DNA of 32,677 nucleotides from an uncultured Candidatus Saccharibacteria bacterium (GTDB taxonomy: Bacteria; Patescibacteriota; Minisyncoccia; UBA6257; JACOXY01): NCBI GenBank assembly GCA_964357615.1, contig CAYHMC010000003.1:1-32677 (forward strand). The letters run 5' to 3'. The position numbers and the translations under genes were made by a program. The notes beneath the pieces were generated by a model, which saw only the letters and a list, made by a program, of their open reading frames with translations, had not been told where the DNA came from and did not search any database. Each line of letters opens with the position of its first letter. Position 1 is the first letter of the stretch. This document shows positions 16,292 through 26,200 of this stretch, one piece after another.

Positions 16292-17563
16292 TTATTTTAA
16301 TCTTAATATTTCAATAGCTTTTCTAAGCTGTAAGTCACGCCTTAAGTCAAAAATGCTTTGACTGCCAGAATCATTTTCACCTTCAATAAAGTCATTATTA
16401 TCAACCCAATAATCTGGATTCATGCCAACCTTATTTATCTTAACTTGGCGATTACCAACAAAATACTCTGCTGTTGTTAGCCTAATGCCATCTCCATCGC
16501 TTAATTCATTTTCATCTTGAACACTACCTTTTCCGTAAGTCCTAACACCCACAATCGGCACTCCAAGCCATTCGCGGAGCAATGCAGCCATAATTTCTGC
16601 AGCTGAAGCAGTGCTATCGTTTACCAAAATAACCATTTTAGCTGATGCGAAAATTCCAGCAGGAATTTCAAAGAGTGGGTTAATTTTTCTAACCTGCTCA
16701 ATTATGTTTCCTGAAGAAGTAATATCTTCTCCGCTGTTAGTTTTAAGAGTTACTACTAAATCATCGGGGTGAAGTGCAAATAGATAACTTGCGAGTTTTA
16801 CTGAAATTAAAAACCCTCCCAAATTATTTCTTAAATCAATAACTACAGACCTTAATGGTTTACAGTGCATTATTTCGCCTCCTTCATCAGCAACTGCGGA
16901 AGCAAAAGCCGTAAAGAAATCTCCAAAAAAAGTTCTATTAAATTCGCTGATTTTAATATAATAAATATCTTTGGATATAGGACTATGTTCTATCGCCGAT
17001 TCAACAATCTCAGCCCTTCGAAGAACTACGGGTGACATTAATTTATCATCTCGACGAACCTGAATAGCAACATTAGTTCCATTTAGTCCATGGATTTTAT
17101 CTACAACATCACTAAGACTCTCGCCCAAAACACTAACTCCATCAATTTTTTCGATTAAATCTCCTCTTCGAAAGGATTTGGACTTTCTTGCCGGAGTATC
17201 GCGCATAACAGAAGAAATTGAAGTTCTTGAACCACGCTCTACAAGAACAAGACCAACGCCAACATAGGAAGACCCTTCTTCAGATTGATACGCATCCCAT
17301 TCAGTTTTTGTAAAATATTTTGCATATGGATCTTTTAAGCAAGACGCCAGCCCTCCAGTCAAAAGACTAGAAAAACATTTAAATTTTTCTTCTTTATTAT
17401 CTTGTAATTTAGTTAAACTATGCTTAACAACATGCTTCCAAACTTCTTCAAACTTCTTAGGATATAACTCTTCGACTTCTATTACAGGACTTGGTTTTGG
17501 AATTCCACAACCACACAAAAAGCCCAAAAAAACTAAACTAACTATCGCTTTTTGAAATGCCAT
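16292..17563 (-). CDS. S41 carboxyl-terminal protease (CtpA-like), probable lipoprotein
   Basis: Lipobox LCGC, PDZ YVGVGL, VIDLRNNLGG, TASAAE and RTYGKG. Confidence 0.92.
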   Translation of the reverse strand: MAFQKAIVSLVFLGFLCGCGIPKPSPVIEVEELYPKKFEEVWKHVVKHSLTKLQDNKEEKFKCFSSLLTGGLASCLKDPYAKYFTKTEWDAYQSEEGSSYVGVGLVLVERGSRTSISSVMRDTPARKSKSFRRGDLIEKIDGVSVLGESLSDVVDKIHGLNGTNVAIQVRRDDKLMSPVVLRRAEIVESAIEHSPISKDIYYIKISEFNRTFFGDFFTAFASAVADEGGEIMHCKPLRSVVIDLRNNLGGFLISVKLASYLFALHPDDLVVTLKTNSGEDITSSGNIIEQVRKINPLFEIPAGIFASAKMVILVNDSTASAAEIMAALLREWLGVPIVGVRTYGKGSVQDENELSDGDGIRLTTAEYFVGNRQVKINKVGMNPDYWVDNNDFIEGENDSGSQSIFDLRRDLQLRKAIEILRLK

Positions 17564-17749
17564 TCTAGAATCTCCAACTCAAGCTATGCATCTGTAAAAA
17601 ATTCAAGAAACTATTCGTAGTATAATAAATCGGAACTTAAATGCAAACTATCAAAAATAAGGCATTAACTTATAGTGAAAATCTAATTTTTAACTTAATT
17701 AAAAATTGAATAAGTTGTCTTGAAATACTGCCTCTGTTAATATCAGAAC

Positions 17750-18190
17750 ATGGATATTTTGCGCTTAGCATTAAAATCTTTTTTATTAATTGCACTACTC
17801 GCAACAATACATATAACTGCAATTAATATTGGTTTCTATCAAGGCAAAGTTTGGATTGATATTCCACTGCATATAATTGGTGGATATATGCTTGGTTTAA
17901 TATGGATATGGATATTAGATTTCCGTACACTCAGAAAAAAAATAGTTCCAGATTTTTTTATTATTTCCGTAACTTTTATAGGATGGGTGCTTCTTTTTTC
18001 ATACTTTTGGGAATACTTTGAGTTTTTAGTAAGAGAATATTCTCCTGAACTTGCCAGCACATGGAAGCTCTATCCACCAAACCTATCTGACTCGCTTTCT
18101 GATTTAGCTTTTGGACTACTCGGTGGACTAATCGCGCTTGTATATGCTCGCCTTACACGATATAGGAAATTAAAAGATTCTAAAATATAA
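17750..18190 (+). CDS. Membrane protein (VanZ/DUF2238-like)
   Basis: Four TM helices with D..LH..GG, WEYFEF and DSLSDL...LLG motifs. Confidence 0.7.
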   Translation: MDILRLALKSFLLIALLATIHITAINIGFYQGKVWIDIPLHIIGGYMLGLIWIWILDFRTLRKKIVPDFFIISVTFIGWVLLFSYFWEYFEFLVREYSPELASTWKLYPPNLSDSLSDLAFGLLGGLIALVYARLTRYRKLKDSKI

Positions 18191-18195
18191 AGAAT

Positions 18196-19065
18196 ATGAA
18201 TTTTGAGAGTGAGCTACAACCAGAAGAATCTGCTGAAGAAAAAAAGCTCGAGACATCTAAGCGCTTACTTATGGCACTAGAGTCGGTTCGTTTGAATTTC
18301 AGCAAAATTGAGGTAATTGGCGAAGAATATTTAAAAGAAATTCCGGAGGGGGCAAAAATTGTTATTGCAGTTGACCACCTAAACAACCTTTCTATTCCTA
18401 CGGCAGCGCTTGAACTTGGAAGTAGATTGCCCATACAAATATCAAATCAATCAACACAATTCTCCTTTCGTGAAAACCCTGGTGGCAATATTGGCGTTGT
18501 AGCTGGCGGTAAAAAGAATTTTAAGGGTATTGATTATGACTCAGAAACTGACAAACCAAAAACATTCAATCCTGAAAACTTTGACGAAATGCTAGATCCA
18601 TTAAGCGAAGGATATGCGATGGTTGTTGCCGCGCATAATCCAGTAAACAATAATAAACTCCCCGAAAAGGGTGGCTATGGCGCTGCATATCTTGCATCCA
18701 TTGCAGACGCCTATGTGGTTCCAGTTTCGGTTAACATTAAATCAGAAGTTCATGTTATGGAGGGCAATGCTGGAATTATAAATAATTTAAAAGGAGCTGT
18801 CAGTATGCTAAAAAATCGACCCGAAGCAGTAATTTCAATAGGCAAGCCACGAAAGGTTGCAGAGGAAGCAAACATCCAGAAATTTCATTCTTTGTTTATG
18901 AAACGAAAAGAATCTGGTAGGTTATCTGCGGACGAATTAGAAGAATTTAAACGCTTGAGAGCCTCACTAAACAGTGCTTCAAATGAAATTATGGAAGACA
19001 TTGCAATTATGCTTCCAGAAGAGAAAAAAGGTACTTGGTCAAAAGGAGATGAAATAGAATCTTAA
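18196..19065 (+). CDS. Divergent glycerolipid acyltransferase-like protein (PlsC-like fold)
   Basis: VIGEEYLKEIP..IVIAVDHLNNLS, YVVPVSVN and VISIGKP occur in PlsC motif order. Confidence 0.6.
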   Translation: MNFESELQPEESAEEKKLETSKRLLMALESVRLNFSKIEVIGEEYLKEIPEGAKIVIAVDHLNNLSIPTAALELGSRLPIQISNQSTQFSFRENPGGNIGVVAGGKKNFKGIDYDSETDKPKTFNPENFDEMLDPLSEGYAMVVAAHNPVNNNKLPEKGGYGAAYLASIADAYVVPVSVNIKSEVHVMEGNAGIINNLKGAVSMLKNRPEAVISIGKPRKVAEEANIQKFHSLFMKRKESGRLSADELEEFKRLRASLNSASNEIMEDIAIMLPEEKKGTWSKGDEIES

Positions 19066-19073
19066 AATAAATC

Positions 19074-20042
19074 TTATACTTTCTCCGCAACAATAACTTG
19101 CATCCTAGAAATTACTTTAACCTTACCAGCAGGCACACTAGGGTCATATCTTTTAAAAACTGAACCTAGGTTATTTTCGAAATAATTGTAATTAGGGAAC
19201 TCATCATATTTTTCGTCTCTATCGATAATTTTCTCTTTTGTAACAATTTCACTTTTTACTAGTTTTAAACCATTGTTTTCGATTGATTTTTCCATGCTAC
19301 CTGAAAATGCCTCTCCAAATTCAACTGTCTCATTACCAAATCCCCATTTTTTAACTGTTTCCGCTATGTCTATATTTATGCGTTGATCATTTTGTTCAAG
19401 ATATGCATAAGTGTACATTGGATTATCTACATACAAATCAATCATGGGTCTTCTAAGTGGGTCAATTTCATCTTTTATTCTTTCAAAATCTTCTAGTTTA
19501 ACTAATCTAAAACCAGAAATTGTACCACCTTCAAAATTAGGAAATGGTATCATCCCCTCTGGCAATCTATCCATTACTATATGAGCATTAGGTTGAAGAT
19601 CAATCATGTGAACAAATTTTCCTTTACTCTTAAGAACTCTTTTCACTTCAGACATCGATTTATCTAAATCATCAAGAGTATCAAAAACAGCAAATGAAAC
19701 AACGCTATCGGTTGCTTCATCTTGTATTGGAAGCTGTTCTATATCTCCGACAACAAGATTTGCATCCTTATTTACCATCTTATTAATTTGACCAAACCTT
19801 TTTGTTCTCTCTAGGCCAATCAAGCGATTGGCATATTTTTCCGAAACAAGATTTTCCAATTCACCCACACCACTTCCAAGCTCAACAATAGGCCCACTCT
19901 CTGAAACATCATCTTTAAATATATCAACGATTAAATCTTTCGCAGTATCTCTGAAAAGTTTTCTTGCAGTATTATAATGTTCAAAAATTTCTGGATTTTG
20001 CCACCCCTCTCCAATTGATTCTTTTTGTTTAGCTTTTTCCAT
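19074..20042 (-). CDS. Class I SAM-dependent methyltransferase
   Basis: IVELGSGVG, GDIEQLP and EVKRVLKSKGKF. Confidence 0.85.
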   Translation of the reverse strand: MEKAKQKESIGEGWQNPEIFEHYNTARKLFRDTAKDLIVDIFKDDVSESGPIVELGSGVGELENLVSEKYANRLIGLERTKRFGQINKMVNKDANLVVGDIEQLPIQDEATDSVVSFAVFDTLDDLDKSMSEVKRVLKSKGKFVHMIDLQPNAHIVMDRLPEGMIPFPNFEGGTISGFRLVKLEDFERIKDEIDPLRRPMIDLYVDNPMYTYAYLEQNDQRINIDIAETVKKWGFGNETVEFGEAFSGSMEKSIENNGLKLVKSEIVTKEKIIDRDEKYDEFPNYNYFENNLGSVFKRYDPSVPAGKVKVISRMQVIVAEKV

Positions 20043-20211
20043 AATTTTTAATTATCCTTTACCGCTGTATCCCAATTTAATAGAATTACTTTCTGGGAAA
20101 TAAAACCTGTGTAACTTTCCATGTTTACATTGTATTTGAAGGGGTCTTCATTAAATGATTTTTAAGCAAAGCCAAGTAATAGATCTATGGCAAAAATAAA
20201 AGTCCAAAGAC

Positions 20212-20763
20212 CTAAAATTGCGCGTAGCTAAAAAGGACTCCAAAAGCTCGACACCATATCATGGCATTTTTATATTTACTAACATCAGTGCCAGCATGAA
20301 TAATATAGTTCGCACTTCCTTCAGTCGCTCTAATTGGGCCAAGATCTATAAAATCCTTGGCATCAAGACCAGATGAAAGGTATATTCGTAAGTCAGGACC
20401 GTTGATGGTCTTGAGATTTTCAAAGCGTAGATAAGTCTCATTACCAGATTTAACCAATAATGCCACTCCAGATACTTCATGTGCCCTTGCAACCATATTC
20501 GCTCGACTGAAAATAGTGGTACCACCTGCTGGCATTGCATCATTTTCTTTCATCATTTTATTCTTCATGTCCATGGTTTGCTTTTCAAAATCTATTTTTG
20601 TCGTTGAATCCATAACTTCAAAATTATCGTTGATCATCAAGTTAGTAACACCAGGCAACTCTTCATTTAATATCACATTTCTCCAAATAGGTGATATTAG
20701 CCAGTATGCTACAAACGATACAATAACAGCTATAAAGATTATGATGAAGATTTTTTTGCTCAT
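20212..20763 (-). CDS. DM13 electron-transfer domain protein
   Basis: AHEVSG, LRFENL..NGPDLRIYLS and IWCRAFGVLF, with an N-terminal TM. Confidence 0.9.
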   Translation of the reverse strand: MSKKIFIIIFIAVIVSFVAYWLISPIWRNVILNEELPGVTNLMINDNFEVMDSTTKIDFEKQTMDMKNKMMKENDAMPAGGTTIFSRANMVARAHEVSGVALLVKSGNETYLRFENLKTINGPDLRIYLSSGLDAKDFIDLGPIRATEGSANYIIHAGTDVSKYKNAMIWCRAFGVLFSYAQF

Positions 20764-20787
20764 ATAGTTTATATATTTATATTAATT

Positions 20788-22059
20788 TTAAAAATATTCT
20801 GTTATACCATGCGATATAGCATAAGTTGGGGGCGTAGTTAGAATTGTTTGTAGCCGATTACTAATTAAAAATTTTCTTTCCCATGAAAATATATCGTCAA
20901 ATTCATTGCGACCAGAAAGAAATTTTTCAGCAGCATAATAACCCAAAGTGGCAGCCCATGGCAATCCAGTTGCCGCACCGGTAAGCCAAATTTTATTTGA
21001 GCTTCTGTCAAAACCCATAATAGGTAGTAGATCTTTGCTCACCCCAAGCATCCCGGGCCAAACATATTCTAAATCTATAGTAATATATGGGAATTTGTTT
21101 TTAATATATTTAGTTAATCTCCGCTTAAATCTTTCGGTATTCTCCGCAATTTTATGCTTGTATGTATAAAATAAATCTCCGCCGCCAATTAATAGACGAT
21201 TCTCTCCTGTTAACCTAAAATAATTATAAACTAAATTAGTATCCCAGACCATCATTTTATTTTTTGGAAATATTTTATTTACTTCAATGTCAGCGAGTGG
21301 CTTCGAAATACCAAGAAACGTCTGAACATGATATATTTCTTTTTTTACACTTAAAAGCTCTGGAATAAATCTATCGGTGCATACGATTATAAAATCGGCG
21401 CTTATTGATCCAAATTCAGTTTTAACATTTCCTTCTTTTATTTCTAATGCACTGGTTTTTTCATAAACTCTTACACCTTGATCAACTAAAATATTTTTAA
21501 GCGACTGGCAATAGAGAAATGAATTAATTCCAAATGTATTTGGATATTGTACACCGCCACTAAACCCCCTGGATCCAATAACATTTTTAATAGAAGCTGG
21601 ATCGTGGAGTGTACTTTTAAAACCGAGCTTTTGTCTTACATCATGTTCATGGCTTGGATATTTTAGCGACAATTTAGAATTAGCAATATATAAAGAATCT
21701 TGAATTTCAAAATCACAATCAATCTTATAGTTCAATATATTTCTACGAATTATTTCAACTCCAGATAATACAAATTCCCATATTTTTTTGGCTTTTAGAA
21801 CACCATAATTCGACTCGAGGGCGCTTAGTTCAATCTCTGAATCAGGAGTTATGAATCCAGAAGTTTTGCCACTCGCCCCTGAACCACAAAAATCTTTTTC
21901 GATTAAAATCACGGAGTGACCCTCATTAATGATTCTTTGGGCGGCAGAAAGTCCCACCATACCACCACCCACAATAACTACTTCCGCCTTCTCGTGACGA
22001 TTAAGTTTCGGCAAATAAGATATTTCTTTAGTTGTGTACCAATAAACTTGAGAAGTCAT
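20788..22059 (-). CDS. FAD-dependent oxidoreductase (DAO/PuuB-like)
   Basis: VVIVGGGMVGLSAA, GASGKTSG, YFRLTGENRLLIGG and WPG...DLLPIMG. Confidence 0.9.
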   Translation of the reverse strand: MTSQVYWYTTKEISYLPKLNRHEKAEVVIVGGGMVGLSAAQRIINEGHSVILIEKDFCGSGASGKTSGFITPDSEIELSALESNYGVLKAKKIWEFVLSGVEIIRRNILNYKIDCDFEIQDSLYIANSKLSLKYPSHEHDVRQKLGFKSTLHDPASIKNVIGSRGFSGGVQYPNTFGINSFLYCQSLKNILVDQGVRVYEKTSALEIKEGNVKTEFGSISADFIIVCTDRFIPELLSVKKEIYHVQTFLGISKPLADIEVNKIFPKNKMMVWDTNLVYNYFRLTGENRLLIGGGDLFYTYKHKIAENTERFKRRLTKYIKNKFPYITIDLEYVWPGMLGVSKDLLPIMGFDRSSNKIWLTGAATGLPWAATLGYYAAEKFLSGRNEFDDIFSWERKFLISNRLQTILTTPPTYAISHGITEYF

Positions 22060-22068
22060 TTTCGTTGC

Positions 22069-22143
22069 TGGAGCGGGTAAGGGGAGTCGAACCCCTATCT
22101 GATCCTTGGCAAGGATCTATAATAGCCGCTATACGATACCCGC
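22069..22143 (-). tRNA. tRNA-Gly (GCC)
   Basis: Acceptor GCGGGTA/TACCCGC, anticodon arm GATCC-TTGCCAA-GGATC, T loop TTCGACT and encoded CCA. Confidence 0.96.
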
Positions 22144-22298
22144 AAAAATTATTATTTGCGAAGCTCGCCCAAAGGGCGACCCGCATTAACTTTAAATAAA
22201 TATTACATCGACTTACGACATAAATCAATTACTTAAAAAAATATTGCATTGTTTAAATTTACAAACTTCAGAGTATACTTAGTATGTAGATTCTAGCT

Positions 22299-22859
22299 AT
22301 GGAAAATAAACCAGATAAAATTCAATACGCGGATGACGATACAACTCCCACAAAGCGTTTGCTTGAAATGAGATTGCCATCATTAATAATTGGATTAATT
22401 TTGGGTATTATACTTTCAATTATTACTTCCAAATTTGAAAAAGTACTTCTGGAAAATGTAAAAATAGCATTTTTCATTCCCCTTATTGTATACATGGCTG
22501 ATGCGGTCGGCACACAAACTCAAAATATTTATGTTAGAGACTTGGGGAAAGGTGCTGTGCACTTTCACAAATATTTAGTAAAAGAAACTTTGCTTGGGAT
22601 ATTTTTAGGACTACTTTCAAGCACCCTCACCTTTACTACAATTATTTTTATGTTTAATTCTCTAGAACTAGCGCTTGCAGTTTCTCTAGGAATGTTTGTG
22701 GCTGTAGCTGTCGCACCTCTAATCGCGCTTGCAGTTGCAAGACTTCTTCAATTGGAACATTCGGACCCAGCGGTGGGCGCTGGACCAATTGCTACTGTTA
22801 TTCAAGATACAGTGAGTATAGTTGTATACGGCATAGTTGCAACGCTTATTATTCTCTAG
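22299..22859 (+). CDS. MgtE-family magnesium transporter, membrane domain only
   Basis: RLPSL, FFIPLIVYMADAVGTQT and DPAVGAGPIATVIQD; no CBS domains. Confidence 0.88.
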   Translation: MENKPDKIQYADDDTTPTKRLLEMRLPSLIIGLILGIILSIITSKFEKVLLENVKIAFFIPLIVYMADAVGTQTQNIYVRDLGKGAVHFHKYLVKETLLGIFLGLLSSTLTFTTIIFMFNSLELALAVSLGMFVAVAVAPLIALAVARLLQLEHSDPAVGAGPIATVIQDTVSIVVYGIVATLIIL

Positions 22860-22892
22860 AAAAGCTGGGTAAAATAAACCAAAACCCCATAG

Positions 22893-22921
22893 TTGACTTT
22901 TTGGCAAAAAAGATGTATAAT
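22893..22921 (+). promoter_or_regulatory. Near-consensus sigma70 promoter
   Basis: TTGACT-N17-TATAAT. Confidence 0.75.
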
Positions 22922-22948
22922 TAAAAAAGCTAAGAAAGGGAGGCCAAA

Positions 22949-23131
22949 ATGGCCACATTTTTGGATGTACTCATTCATCTGCCGGGGTACTTTTTTATGT
23001 GTATCCTTCCCCTCGCAGCAAACGACTTCACTCCCACTGCGAACGCCGAATGCGAGAAAATCCACTGGGAAGAACCAGCTACCCCAGAAGAAGCCATCGC
23101 GCCGACCGAGCAGGCTAACCCAGGCAGATAA
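22949..23131 (+). CDS. Small hypothetical protein (60 aa)
   Basis: Has its own promoter, a GGGAGG SD at 22938-22943 and a downstream terminator. Confidence 0.65.
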   Translation: MATFLDVLIHLPGYFFMCILPLAANDFTPTANAECEKIHWEEPATPEEAIAPTEQANPGR

Positions 23132-23170
23132 CCCACGCCGACACCAAGCAGTTAGAAAATCTAGGCAACA

Positions 23171-23200
23171 AAAAGCCCCGGAGCAACTTCCGGGGCTTAT
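23171..23200. terminator. Bidirectional terminator
   Basis: AAGCCCCGGAG-CAAC-TTCCGGGGCTT. Confidence 0.8.
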
Positions 23201-23223
23201 TCATTTATACAAAGAATTAATAT

Positions 23224-26200
23224 TTAAGGCGCCAATATAACATACAAATCCATATAGGTTCCGGCTTTAAGAACTACATCCCAGAAAGCGTCACGCAATC
23301 CTTGACCGGTTGCATCATGATCATTGCTCACAATCATTTCTTGGAATCTAGTACTGGCGTTTGGACAAGTATCATCATTCTCGCAAATTGCCATTGCAGC
23401 TTTTGTATAACCCCTTGGCATACCAATCCTAAGTTGATAGTGCATTGCGCCATAACTATAACCTGTCCCACCTATGGGGGTTGGCAAATCACTCCAAACA
23501 ACTGAATAGCGATTTTCCGGCATTGTTTGTTGAGTAGATTGTGTTTTAATGCTCTGAAGACCTGCTGAAGCACTAACGCCATTACTCCCAGCATCAGTAA
23601 TTCTAACTCTTATTAATCCCTTATCAACACTAACTGCTGGCGAATGCACTTCAGTAACTGGTGGTAAAGAACAAAGATATAAAATGCCTGGTTTTTCATC
23701 CCAATCTGACATACTTGCAATTGGTATTGGCAAATATCCAGTCCTACAAGAACAAGAATACTGAATTGTGGCTCCTCGCAGTCCATATGCCTTACCCAAA
23801 AGTGACCTGTAAGTTAAGACTCCAGTAGAATCAGTTCTCCAAGCTTCAGTTATTGATTGATCTCCTATAACATTTCCTGTAATACAATCTCCATCTAAGT
23901 TTGTTTGGTACATTCCACCATATGAATCTCTACTAGTTCCAGCAAGCATAGTATTTGGGTTTCTACATGACCAAATATACATAAAGTTTTGGTCATCTTG
24001 ATCTACAATTTTTTTCTTTAATCCCCTACCAACCAAATCTTTAACCGTGCCGGCAGGACAAGAATAATCATTTGTCGTTAAATCGTTTCTTTGAGTTCCT
24101 GCTTCATCGTAAATCCACTGTGTCGAGTATCCGCCCTGATACCCATAAGTACTCGAATATTGATTTCTGACACACATATAATCAAAACCTGGACTTCCTG
24201 GAGTATATGGTCCTTTTAATGCTTGTAAAAGTTCAGTGACTCCTGTTTTTATTAACATTATTAATATTTGCACGTAGGGTATCGGGGCGGTTATACCAGG
24301 AATTTCAAAAGTAACAGTTAGGCTTGGAACTAGGTTGGAAACTGGAAGTTCAAACGGAAGAATATTTATTTGATTAATTCCCCAAAAACCAAAATTAATA
24401 ATAATTTTTTCAGCAGATGGAAGAGAAGGAAGACCAAGAAATGGATCTATATATGCTGGTAAATCTGGAAAATCTGCGAACGCTCCATAAGTATTTAATA
24501 TCTTACCAGAGAAAGAATCAGATTTTAATTCCTCTACAGCTCCAAATCCGGGAGATAAAAATGCTTTATCTGTTCCGCGAACTGATGCAAAATTTACGCC
24601 ACGAAAACCGGCGGGGCACGAGCAACCTCCGGTCAATGGATTTTGTGATGTGCAATCATTGTTATCGCGAAGATGATATCCTCCGGCAAGTGATCGATAA
24701 CTGTCCTCAATACACTGATATATCTTAATCGCAACCGGATTATGCGCGGCAAGATTTAAAATTGCATTTCCATCATCTCCATTTACGACATTATTACAAT
24801 CTACATCAGAGGCATAAAATTTATCAGACCCAGCAGCACACGGAAATTGACCATCGGCACATTTCAGAGCGAGAATTCCATCAATAATACTAATTTCTTC
24901 TCTCGGTTCGGAGTATGGATTATTGCCACCACTATCATCCACATCTCCTTTTGTCGCATACAAACCGCCATGCAAAACATTAATTCCAGCGGTAAGTTGT
25001 GTTTGGTCAACATAATACAAATACAATTCTTTCACCCAGCCGTCTAAACCAGAATCAAAATTTACATTTAACCACTGCGCTCCGCCAGACGATGTTGGTC
25101 CGCCAATAACAGTTCCCTGTGCAATTAAACTCTGATTGCCTAGAACCGGACCATTGGCGGAACTATGAACTGTAATTGGATTTTTAAAGATTGACACAAC
25201 TCTTGCGTTTGTCTGAAGCTTACCTGTTCTATATTGACATTGTTTTGCAACACCGGGAATCGGATCATTAAAAACATTTGTATCGCACATTGTGCCACCA
25301 GTAAAAGCTCTTAGTCCATTTTTAGCTGTGTCGGTAAACACACCATTTGCTCCATATCTCACTTCTTTAGTGCCAGTAAACACGCAGTTTTGACCATTAT
25401 TTGCACAGAACGTCCAGCCGCCAGCTAAAGTAGTTGGTGGCGGAACTGGGGATGAAAATACATTCTTAGGAGTAAGCGCCCACCAAAGCCTGGCAAAGCC
25501 ACCCGAGGGAACGCTTATTGTGACACTATTTCCAGTAACCCATGGATTTATATTAACGCATGCATCGCTATTAATACATAAATTATATTCTGCTTTTGAA
25601 TATCCTGGTGGAATTTCAATGCTGACAGTTTGGTTTCCTGTAGCGCTAATTGAATATGAATATTTCGGCTTAACTGTTGTATATCTTGCACCTGTGCTTT
25701 GCAAAGTTAGTGTTGCGCTAAGGCCATCTCCAGTTCCTTTACTTAATATAAAACCTTGAATGGTGCCTGGGGATGTGCCTGGGTCAGGACAAGGGAAAAA
25801 AACTGTGAGTCCCGCTGCCTTTCGAAGCGCCTTTACTCCATCTGTAACTGTTACCTGCCCATCACATGTCATGTCAGCTTTAACAATAAAATCTGGGTCG
25901 ATTGTGCCTGAGCTACAAGGCGCAAGACCAGCGGCGCATCTTAAAATATTTACTCCATCCGTAACCGAAACTGGAGATTGGCCCCCCGAACAATCAATGT
26001 CTCCTTTTGTGGTAAAACAAGTATTTCCTGAAACAAGCGCAGCTTGATTTACTTGGGCTTCAGTATAGCCAAGTAAATTATCTGGAACCCACCCATCTAC
26101 ACCAGAATTAAAATTAATATTCCAATATATCGTTCCATTTGTATTAGTAATGGGTCCGTCAATTACAGTACCTTCGACAAATTCGCTTTGCGTTCCCAAA

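Noticed and set aside
20054-20066. ATCCTTTACCGCT resembling a tRNA-Gly 3' end as an att site
   Set aside because: Short, gapped and in the wrong orientation for a direct att repeat.
22893-23240. 115 aa ORF overlapping the small gene
   Set aside because: It starts at the -35 box and runs through the terminator; the 60 aa frame has the SD.
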